64,000 bases of DNA, from assembly GCA_002269645.1 (NCBI GenBank), contig NIVC01001317.1, positions 1 through 64,000 of the forward strand, read 5' to 3'. The DNA is from Macrostomum lignano. Lineage: Eukaryota. The notes under the pieces are model-generated. The model was given only the letters and a program-made list of their open reading frames with translations. It searched no databases and had not been told where the DNA came from. Shown piece by piece: positions 1-12,170 of this stretch (positions are counted from its first letter, which is position 1; each line of letters opens with the position of its first letter). Made by a program: the position numbers and the translations under genes.

Positions 1-129
1 AGATATCAGCCAGGGTCTTGCTGTGAACTTTTCTTCGCCATAATTACTGAATACTGTGAAGGTATAAAAGTATTTAATGATAGGAAGAAATAACCAGTAA
101 ACACAATGTTTACGAGTATAACAACCATA

Positions 130-290
130 TAACTAAGGTGCTTCTTTCTGTTGATCCTGAAGCAAGTAGCCAACTAATTCTGCTAACTATTTTGCCGTCA
201 AAAATGTAAAAAGGAAATCTCATTTGAGCCATTACGAGCTAGGTGTTGGCTGCAGGTGTTTGTAACACAGTCAGATAGCAAATATTTGAT
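130..290 (+). repeat. Dispersed repeat fragment, homologous to 15640-15800
   Basis: ctaaggtgcttctttctgttgatcctgaagc...gagccattacgagct...taacacagtcagatagcaaat aligns by eye with ctacggtgcttcttcctgttgatcctgaagc...gagctattacgagtt...taacacagttagatcgcaaat at 15640-15800. Family not identified. Confidence 0.6.
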
Positions 291-1669
291 TAATAATTAC
301 TACATATATACTATACTACCACATATACTAAATGCCCAAGATCTGTTTGTTTGTCTTTAAGGCTCTAGACATTGAACCGATTGACCAATTTTGATCGCGT
401 TTTCGCCAAAAGATCTGTAATTATCTGGAAGGAAGACAGTTTAAATTTCTTTAATCTGTTTCAATGCTACATGTATTAAATATTTGAAAACTGAGTTTTC
501 CAATGCTTTCAATAGGAGGCCAAACAAGGTTGAATTGTTGACTGACTGAATTCGTATTCCGATAACGATTGCATTACGAGCTTTTTAAATATTCTTTTTT
601 AGGTGAAGGCTGCAGTGTGCCAAGCATTGCGCGTGCACTCTAGTGAGATAAATCAGCAAGTGCATTTTAAAAGTAAAATTGAAATTATTGAAGGATGTAC
701 AACATTATGTACATCTGGTGGTGCTAATCTGGTTGAGCAGCGCTAATTTGGGGAGCGGTGCTAATCTGACTTATGAGAAAAGTAATAAATATGTATAAGA
801 GGATTGCAAATCAAATTTAAATTGCGAGTTGCAAAGATTTCAAATGATTTCGATCTAATGCAATCGTTACTCTCTGAGTAAGGTGTGTTAGACGGGCCGG
901 GGGTGCCGCTGTACATATCGCTGTACTTTGGCGGGGGGTTGAGGTGTGGGGTGTTGGCCGCGCGGCCAGCTTAAAGCCTCTGCACCCGGCCCGGCTTGTC
1001 TCCGTCCGCCATTTCTCAATTTTTTTTATTCTCTTTTTTACGAACCAATGAATATTAACTCGTTTAATCTAATAAATAAACGCTTCGCTTGATCCACTGG
1101 GATCCGCTTTCTCGGCCGCTGCCTGCTTTTCGCAACTGATTTGTCTCGTTTGGCTCCTTCCGGCGTGTTTAATGTAAAGCATTGAGATTTGTGGCCATCT
1201 GCTCAGGGATTGTGTGAAACAGTGCTGGTGAACCATTGTGTCGTGCCGTAGCAATAAGGTCGTCCATTATAAGAGAGCGCTTAGTTGAGCACAAAAAAAA
1301 CGCGACTTGAGGTGATAGCCAAACTGGCCTTTATATTATTAAGAAACCACGTAAGAAACCAAGACGGCACGTGCCGCCTATAATATAGCGCAGTCAAACA
1401 TTTCTAACTGTAGCCTAGGTACAACGTGCCGCGTGCACGCTACGTAACATTGGCAATGAGTAAATATTGCGTACACAAAGTAAGTCAGTGAAAGTTAATG
1501 AGCTGAGCAAGGCGCGGCGCCACACATAGCTAAACTGCTGGTGAACCATTGCAATTTTTTACTAAAAGCTATTTTTAAAAAGAAGAAAACTGAGCGAAAG
1601 AAAGAACGAAAAAAAGAATCACCGTGTCAAACAAAAAGAAGCACCCTGTCGAACATACAAGACTCATTG

Positions 1670-2250
1670 GGAATTGCTAAGATGTCAAGACCGATGGAGG
1701 AATTGCTAAGAGTCAAGGCTTACGGCAGAAATTTCTGAGATGTCGAGGATGGAGGGGATAGCTCAAATACTGTGATTCTTAGGAAGAATTGCTGCGAGTT
1801 CAAGGTTTATTTGGAAAATCGCTGCGATAACAAGTCTCACGGGTGGGGTTGTTAGATTGTCAAGGTTCATTGGGAAATTCCTTTGCTGTCAAGGCTCATG
1901 GGATGATTTCTGAAATGCTGTGGCTGTTAAGGGGAATTTCTGAGATATCAAGGGTCTCCAGTAGATGTGGTTGCTGAGATATTGAGGCTCACGGGAATTG
2001 CTGAGATGAGAATATTCATTGGGGGATTGTTGTGGCTCATGGGGCAGAATGGCTGAAATCTTGTAACCTTCAGCGGGGTTTTGGATAGGGTGGGTTATGG
2101 TGAGGGTTCCGTTTAGGAATGTTAGCGTAAGTGTAAAGGTTCAACCGTAAAAGAATTAGCCTGTCTACCAAAAAAGACTAATAAGACACTTGCTCAGATT
2201 TTCAAAGCTCATAGAGGGAATGACTCAGTTGCCAAGGCTCATGAGGGGAC
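1670..2250 (+). repeat. Degenerate ~27-bp satellite (gggaattgctgagatgtcaaggctcat), left part
   Basis: Recurrent gggaattgctgagat / tcaaggctca motifs. The same motifs resume at ~7403-7900 on the far side of the retroelement stack. Confidence 0.7.
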
Positions 2251-2636
2251 TGTAGTGACTGACGCGAAACAGAGATAATTTGCTGAATAAGACTTCGGCC
2301 CCGACTTGGGCATTGGATTGCGATACATATTGCTGTGATGGGGCTCAAGGGCTCGGTCCTTTCGTGCCCCTTTCCCAGACCCGGGTTCGCGCACTGACCC
2401 TGGCTGCGGTCCTCCACTGACACGCGTACGACGCAGAGCTGCTTGGGTTGGGACCGGCGTACGACGCACTTAATCCCTCTAAGGTGCCTAGTACAGATGC
2501 AGACCCAAATGACTTGCAAATGGGAAGGCTCACCAGCCGCGATTTCGGTCGTACAACTCGGGAACAGCGCCGACAGAGCAGTGGGAGTATCGATATTCTT
2601 TAATTGTATTTGTCGGACAATTCGGACACTTAATAG

Positions 2637-3573
2637 TGAAGTACAGGCTGTTTGCTTCCCGGATTAGGCCCTTGCGGATTACCTTATGACTCGTGCCTCT
2701 TCAGTGGGAAGTTCTCTCAACTCTCAGTAGCGTAGGTAGTGCTGCCACCAGTTCCTTCAGGTCTCGGCCTTCGATGAGGTGAGCTTCCCGTCGGAACGAA
2801 ATAAACAAGTCAACGAACTCAGCACAGCGTGCAGATTTGCAGATTAATGAACAAGGCGTCCTGATCAGCAGCTCCCCGCCGGGCTCAGGGGTGGCTGGGA
2901 AGGCAGTGTTAGCCTCCCTTAGGCTTGGGCTTTAGTGGGGTTTCAGTCAGACCAGTACAAACGGATTCAGTACGCAAAGGGCACTTAGTTAGACACTGAC
3001 GCGCACGGGATCTTAGTGAATTCTCCGCAGATAAGAAGCCATTCCTTGACGGAAACAAGGGAGAGGGGTCCTATTTATAACCGGGAAACACCCACGCACA
3101 AGACCTCGTGACCTCGTTCTATTTTTAGAACTGACGTCACTTGAGGGTCTCCCGGCAGAGTGCACATGGCTGTGACTCAGTTGCTATTTTTAGCAACATG
3201 AGTCACTCCTCTCTTTAGAGAAGGGAGGGGGCCGAAAGCATGTGACTCTTCCGGTAAACAGGGCCAACAAGTGCAGTAAACATGTTTACTGCACTTTAGG
3301 ACTCAAAGAACAGATCGAGGATCTGTTATGTGACTCGCTCACATGACAGGGGAAAGAAAGACCGAGCGAAACAGAGACAGTCCACAGCAGAGAAGCTGAG
3401 GGCTGAGAAACAAGGGCAAAACGGGAAAAAACGAGGGAAGGAGCAGCAACAGACAGACAAAAGGAGGGAGGCGGGAAGCTGACCAGCGGCAGACAGCAAC
3501 CCAGGGCGAGGGCGAGGGCAAGGGCGACTGCTGACGAAGTGCGACGCCTAACACTAACTAGCGGATCACTACA
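2637..3573 (-). mobile_element. Solo LTR (937 bp) with 4-bp TSD ATAG
   Basis: Minus-strand termini TGTAGTGA...TACTTCA. atag at 2633-2636 and 3574-3577. Collinear with the copy at 59256-60222. Confidence 0.9.
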
Positions 3574-4714
3574 ATAGCAACCAACGCTGGCAAAATCACC
3601 GGGAGCCACGGAGTCTCACGGGGGTCCGAAAAAATAGGCAGCAAACTAGGGGTTGAGGGCGCGGGATAAAGGCAGAAAAGGGGGCTTAGACAACAGCATG
3701 GGACACACATGAGCCGTACCAGCCAATCGCCGGGGGCGCAGCACGGCAGACTGGGACTGGCAGCCAATCACGATCTATAGGGGCGGGGCAGCTAGGCTAA
3801 CAAAATAATGGGGTGGGTCGCACGCAAAGAATGGGGGGTCGCACGCAGAGAATGGGGGTTGAATAACAGACAAGGCCTAGGCAGAGAGGGGGGCTACGCA
3901 CGTGCAGAAGTGAAGGGGGTGAGTCAGAAAATATCTGAGGAGGGGGAGAGGCCGGCCAGACTGGCCCGGCGTAGAATAGTGCACTCAACTCAAGTTACAA
4001 TAACACATTCATGACAATATATTGAGACCCAACCTAACAGTTCGATACGAGTGAAACGTAAATCCAATTACACGAACACCAACCTAGCGTGTACATCAGC
4101 TCAATGTGCAATTGGACTAAAATAGCCCGCGCAGTGACTGAGGGTGGCCGTGTATAACATCGTACCCACGTGAACTTTTACAGTAAAATAAAAACGAGAT
4201 TAAAAGCTATTTTAACAGTGAAAAATCATGCAGAAATTGGCAGTTCATAAATCAGTCCGAATCAAATTTGTCAGAAAGCAAAACTCAATCACGAAAGTCC
4301 GGTCTCGGGATTTTGCAGCTTCTTGGATGCGGGCGGTATTCAATTGGTGGCTCCGCCGCACCAGACTCGATCCCCGTCGCAGCGCCAAAAGTCGCCGCAG
4401 ACTGTCCGGTGCTTTCCTTCTCATGTGCCTTGTTCTTCTGGAGCTGAGAGGGCTGGCACCCACTTGACGTCGGTGACATGGCGCATGCAGCTGTTGCCGT
4501 CCCGTCGCTTGAGGATAACAGAGTCACCTTTGGAGACCTCGTAGACCGTCCAGGGATCGATTCTGGATTGGGGTGTCGGTCGTGAAGTGCTTGACTCGCC
4601 TCCTCAAAACCCTGTCGCCGGCTAGGATGCGATGTTGTCTTGCCGATTTTTTTCACATCAGCGTCAGTTTTTATGGCGGCCTTGTAGTTGCTGTTTTGCC
4701 TCTTGACCGCCTTA

Positions 4715-6120
<1,406 letters not shown>

Positions 6121-7402
6121 CTGCCTTGGGCGCTGGAGATGCGTAGCAACTTGTTCAGGGACCGGTTCATGCGCTCCGTGATGCCGTTGGCCTCAGGATA
6201 GTACGGCGTGATTCGACGGTGGCTGGTCCCGTGACTCTTGATTTAACTGGTGAACGCTTCCGACAAGTATGGTAGGCCGTTGTCTGTCGAAATCTGCTTG
6301 GGAATTCAAAATGTGGCAAAAGTTTGCTGCAGTTGCACTCTACGGTGATCGACTTCATTGCAATGACGATCTGATACTCGTAGCGTGAATAGTGGTCCAC
6401 AATCACCAAAAGTTGTCCGTTGATGGGACCGAGAAAGTCGGTGAACCAGGGTGACTCCGGTAATTTGGTTGGTTGTAGTGGAGCTGCTGGGACTTCAGCT
6501 TGATGATTTGCAGCGGCGCACTCCAGGCACTCCGCCACCATTCGTTTAACTTCAGCGAACATTCCTAGCCACCAGATTTTTTAATTGAGTCGCAGTAAAG
6601 TTTTATGTCTCGCCTTGATGACCTTGGTGGGAAAACTGAAGAACGGTCGACTAGAGAGCGTCTGGGATCAAAAGTCGCTGGTCTATTAGAAGAACTCCTG
6701 ATGCCTCCGTCAAATACCTGATGCCTGATTTCGAATCGCATGCATTCGCCGAATCTTTCCGCTCCGCAGATCCCAACTGCCGAAGTGCAATGAGTCCATT
6801 GCCGATTAAAGGATGCCATCTCGGGCCGTCGCTTCCTTGACTTGCAACAGAGACAGTCCTCTTGGTGTCGCAGATTGGACAATGCTGCCAATTAGGTGGT
6901 GTCCAGCATCTCACCGACGTGGATCATTTTTGGAACGGGTTCAGGCTGCCGATTGAGAATGTCACTTGGGTTGAACGGGCCTGGTCGGTAGATGGCATTG
7001 AACTGCAAGTCCTGGTCCTGGATGCTGAGTGCCTTGCGTTTGATGCGTGGTGCAGGCGCGAGCCAGGCTTAAACATGAAGTTCAGCGGCTTATGATCGGT
7101 TAATTTGAAGTAGTGCCGAAACTTCAGATATCCGTATTTGATTGCTAGAGCCTCTCATTCTGTCTGCGAGTATCTGGACTTGACTGCAGACAAAGCTCTA
7201 CTTGCGAATGCGACCGGCCGAGACGCTCCGTCCGGTTGAACCTGGCAGAGAATGGCACCGAGTCCTTTGGGGCTGGCGTCCACGATGAGTTCGGTGTGGC
7301 GGCGCTCATCAAAGAATAGCTCGTACCAGCGTGGTATCGCACGCAATGCGATCCCGGACAGTTTAAAAGGCTTTGGCGTGCTGCTCGTCCCACTGCCAGC
7401 CG

Positions 7403-7900
7403 TGGCTCATGGTGGAATGGTGGACTTTAGGCAGGGTTAGTTTAGGATTAGGTTAGGGTTATGGTTAAACCATAAAAGGGTTTCCTTTTCGAAAATAAAA
7501 GACTCGTTGGTGGATTGCTAAGGGATCAAGGCTCATTTGGGAATTGCTGAGATGACAAAGCTCGGAGAGGGGGAATTATGGAATTCTGGGACTCTTGGGG
7601 AGATGTCAATAATATGTAAAAAGCTCAATATGAAAAAGCTCACATGGGAATCGCTGAAATGCTAAGGCTCACTGTGAATAGCTGAGATGTCCAAGGCTCA
7701 TAAGAGAATTGCTGAAATTTCTGCCGAGATAAAATTCAATAAATGTCAATGTTCATTGGTTAATTGTTATAATACTGTGGCTCATGGGGGAATAGCCGAA
7801 ATACTGTGACTCGGCAGGGATAGGGTTGGGGTTCAATCATAAGTCTCATGTGGAATTTCCAAGCTGTGAATTGCTAAGTGGTCAGGCCTTAGGGGTGGTC
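7403..7900 (+). repeat. Degenerate ~27-bp satellite, right part
   Basis: gggaattgctgagatg / gtggctcatgg units matching 1670-2250. A short TTAGG-like patch lies at ~7435-7470. Confidence 0.65.
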
Positions 7901-8545
7901 AGGAGAAAGGAGAAGCAACCTCATCTCTGTTAATAAGCTACATTGTTTATAAAGGCATCAAGTTTTTCCACTTTCGTCCAGTTCTTTCTATTCAACATTT
8001 ATGTACGTACGGGATAAGTACGAGAGTTTCGCAAGATCTAAATGGAATTTAGTAAGACTGATCTTACACAGGGCGCAAAGTTCTAACTTACGATTTGAGT
8101 TACCATTCAACTTACTTATCGTATAGCTCGTATGACTGCGTTGAGTTTTACAATATTTGGAAGCACTAACTATGCACATTTTGTATTTAATAATCGAAAA
8201 ATCAGCTGATCCGATTCTTTATCTTGCAAAAATTGTCTACGTGTAGGTCGAAGTGTCGAAGTAAATTTTAAAATTTGACCCTGCGATTTCTACGAGTAGC
8301 CAGAATTTCTAGCTACATCCGAAGTAAAAAAATCGGAGCTTTTGAACGGAATTTCGCACCTTCAAACCAGATTCCAATCAGATCTCTGCCTTAAGTTACA
8401 TTGATTCTGCGTTTAGAGTCTTTGTTTGCGTATTTGTATATTTTTTACAATTGCTTTTCAGCCTAGAAAAATCGCTCATTGTTCAAAACTAAAGCAAAAA
8501 CCAATTGTAAGGATTTTCGAAACCATGCACTAAAAATAGCGCAGT

Positions 8546-8800
8546 CTCCGCTCCTCCCTCTTCTCTCCTCTCCTCTCCTCTCCTCTCCTCTCCTCTCCTC
8601 TCCTCTCCTCTCTCCTCTCCTCTCCTCCCCTCTCCTCTCCTCTCCTCCCCTCTCCTCCCCTCTCCTCTCCTCTCCTCTCCTCCCCTCTCCTCCCCTCTCC
8701 TCTCCTCTCCTCCCCTCTCCTCCCCTCTCCTCCCCTCTCTTCTCCTCTCCTCTCCTGTTCTCTCCTCTTCTCTCCTCTTCTTTTATCTCATCTCTCCCGT
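8546..8800 (+). repeat. (CTCTC/CTCCC)n polypyrimidine microsatellite
   Basis: Continuous 5-nt tctcc/tcccc units. Confidence 0.95.
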
Positions 8801-9699
8801 TTTATCCACTCCGGCTTTACTATAGGTTTAATTAACAGCAAAATTTGACACATCACACTTTGTGTAGTCCTGATAATTAAGTTGCTGACTTTGTACTCGT
8901 TTGTATCGAACCTACAGGTTTTCAATCGAAAAGTCGCACCAATTTCTAGTTAAATACTACACACATTGAGAAATACTCAAATGCAATTTTTTATCAAACA
9001 AACGATCATACCTAAAGAAGGTATGCTGACGGTCTGCTGATGCCTGTACATTACACAGGTGGATGATGACGTTATAGGTCAGCCGAATGCTATCGATGCA
9101 AATCGAAAATACTCATTTGCTAGCGACAAACATATATATTGATTGCAAGTCGGTTTTTGTATGGGAGTGCTGCGCTACGGGTGACAGTTATTAATTCATC
9201 ACCTGTTGCTCGAGCGAGTTCGTTAGAGCCCAGGTCTGAAAGCTGTAAGAGCAAAGAGAATCAACGATTCCATAGATTATCTTACATACAGGTTTTCAAA
9301 AGCATGTTAGATACTTCATTTTGCGTACATTGGTACATCCACAAGGATCTCTTCCATTAAGTTGTAGAAATAATTTACCCATAGTTATATCTGATCTGTA
9401 ATAAATTATTTTTTATTGAAAATGAAAGATTTTTCTGCTTTAGTATTGCACTAGCAATCTAGTGCGGCCCCCCTTCGGGGCGCCCAATAAGAAAGGAGCA
9501 AAAATAGTTCATGGAAAACAATAAAAAAGCACATTTTCTTAAACACCATTCCTTCTTCACTTTAAAAAATCACCTTATTCGTGTAAAATTGTCACGGACA
9601 AAGATGTTTGCGAAGTGAAAGAATCACTTTTTCTCTAAAATTAACAAACAAACAACAAAATATAGCTTCCCCTAAATAGAAAATATTCCCAAGACAGCA

Positions 9700-10990
9700 A
9701 GCACCCCCCTCCAAAAGTAAACAACCGCAGATAACAAGCATCCTCTAATGGTCATAGCAAGCATCACCCCAGATAGCAAGCATTTGCAGATAGCAAGCAT
9801 CCCCCAAATATTGTAGAAGTATCCACCCAGATAGGAAGCATCCTGCAGATAGCAAGCACCCCCCAAGATATTATAGAAGCATCCTGCAGATAGCAAGCAC
9901 CCCCCAAGATATTATAGAAGCATCCTGCAGATAGCAAGCACCCCCCAAGATATTATAGAAGCATCCTGCAGATAGCAAGCACCCCCAGATATTATAGAAG
10001 CATCCTGCAGATAGCAAGCACCCCCAAGATATTATAGAAGCATCCTGCAGATAGCAAGCACCCCCCAGATATTATAGAAGCATCCTGCAGATAGCAAGCA
10101 CCCCCCCCCCAGATATTATAGAAGCATCCTGCAGATAGCAAGCACCCCCCAAGATATTATAGAAGCATCCTGCAGATAGCAAGCACCCCCCAAGATATTA
10201 TAGAAGCATCCTGCAGATAGCAAGCACCCCCCCAGATATTATAGAAGCATCCTGCAGATAGCAAGCACCCCCCAGATATTATAGAAGCATCCTGCAGATA
10301 GCAAGCACCCCCCAAGATATTATAGAAGCATCCTGCAGATAGCAAGCACCCCCCAAGATATTATAGAAGCATCCTGCAGATAGCAAGCACCCCCCAGATA
10401 TTATAGAAGCATCCTGCAGATAGCAAGCACCCCCCCCCCAGATATTATAGAAGCATCCTGCAGATAGCAAGCACCCCCCAAGATATTATAGAAGCATCCT
10501 GCAGATAGCAAGCACCCCCCAAGATATTATAGAAGCATCCTGCAGATAGCAAGCACCCCCCAGATATTATAGAAGCATCCTGCAGATAGCAAGCACCCCC
10601 CCAGATATTATAGAAGCATCCTGCAGATAGCAAGCACCCCCCAAGATATTATAGAAGCATCCTGCAGATAGCAAGCACCCCCCCCAGATATTATAGAAGC
10701 ATCCTGCAGATAGCAAGCACCCCCCCAGATATTATAGAAGCATCCTGCAGATAGCAAGCACCCCCCAAGATATTATAGAAGCATCCTGCAGATAGCAAGC
10801 ACCCCCCAAGATATTATAGAAGCATCCGCCCAAATAGCAAGCATCCTGCAGATAGCAAGAATCCCTAAATAGCAAGCATCCCTGGATAGAAAGAATCCCA
10901 TACATGTAGCCAGTACCCCCCTCCCAAATAGCAAGTATCCCCGCTCGAGAGCAAGCATCCTCCACATAGCAAGCATCCGCGAGACAGCAA
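9700..10990 (+). repeat. ~40-41-bp minisatellite (gatattatagaagcatcctgcagatagcaagcacccccca) with variable C-run
   Basis: Near-identical units at 9840-10830. Shorter atagcaagcatcc sub-units at both edges. Confidence 0.95.
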
Positions 10991-11736
10991 GTAGCTAATG
11001 CAAATGTTACCTCCGCTAATGCAATAATCGCTTTCTCAGGTTGTGCAGCCATCCACGGCTCAGCGAGCGCAATAATCTCTTTTTTAGACAGCGCAAAAAT
11101 CAGCTTCTCAGCTAGTGCAATAATCCTTTACTCATCAAGTCCAAAAATCGATGTCTCAGCTAGTTCAATAGCCCTTTCTAATCTAATCCTTGGCTTATCA
11201 AGCGTCAAATAGCTAAATTAGAATAAATTTGGGGGAAAAAGCTCTCAGATGCATCAGTCAAAACGTAAAAATTTTTGCCTGTTTTAATTCGTTTCTATAA
11301 ACTTCTTGCTAGTACGATTATAACAGATTTTATTTTAAAAAACCACACTTTACACAATATACCTAAACTTTTATTAGTAATTTTTTCTAAATTATTTTTC
11401 TTACTTGATTCAAAAAACTTTTAATTTTTAATAAAAAAATGCATCAGCACGAATTCAAATTATTCGCCTCAAATACACTACCCTACAATATAGCTAGACC
11501 TTATTTGTGTAGTTGCAGCAACGGTGGAAATATAAATCAATCTTCTGCTTGTTACAGTTGCTTCTGGAACTACCTCGAGTTTGCTATATTTTTGCAAGTA
11601 ATAACTTTTATTTATTGTTAAAATATTAATTTCCTTTGCACGCGAATATCATGCCTTATGTATCTTTAGTTTGCATGTTAGAAATAGAAATGAATCTACG
11701 AGCGTAGTGCGTATGAAGTGATTGATATGAGTCCCT

Positions 11737-11965
11737 GAGAATTGCCCGCCGAGTTTTTTCCCGCCGAGGTTTTCCTTCCCCCCAAAAAAAAATATGCATT
11801 TGATATGCAGTTACTATAAAAACGTTTTGATCGTGTTAATCTCTTTATTAAGACTTACTATATGGGAAGGCAATGCAGACAAAACCAGCCGTGTGGCTAA
11901 ATGCGCTGCAGGAAAAAAGCATTGCGGGCAAACCTCGGCGGGAAAAATCTCGGCGGGCAATTCTC
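11737..11965. mobile_element. MITE-like element with ~33-bp terminal inverted repeats
   Basis: gagaattgcccgccgagttttttcccgccgaggttt at the left. aaacctcggcgggaaaaatctcggcgggcaattctc at the right. attgatat occurs just outside on both sides (11721-11728, 11975-11982). Confidence 0.7.
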
Positions 11966-12170
11966 GTGCTCCCGATTGATATAAATGCGAGCATAAAGCA
12001 TAAAGAGCTATTTAATCGCCAAACTAAAATTAAGTTCAGTAAAAACTCTATAATTAGCTAATCTTAGTGAAATAACTGTATTTGGCTTTCTATTAAGCTT
12101 GCAATAATCGAATTATAGGGTGCCAATATTTCAATGCATATTTCACTCATGTCCATCCAATGTCCAGATT

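Noticed and set aside
7435-7470. Interstitial telomere or telomere-targeted insertion
   Set aside because: Only a few degenerate TTAGG-like units, and the adjacent element is a truncated Gypsy rather than a telomere-specific LINE.
12120-12170. ORF-track starts at 12120 (GTG) and 18408 (TTG)
   Set aside because: Non-ATG starts. Signal peptides begin at the ATGs at 12171 and 18471, each preceded by a splice acceptor.
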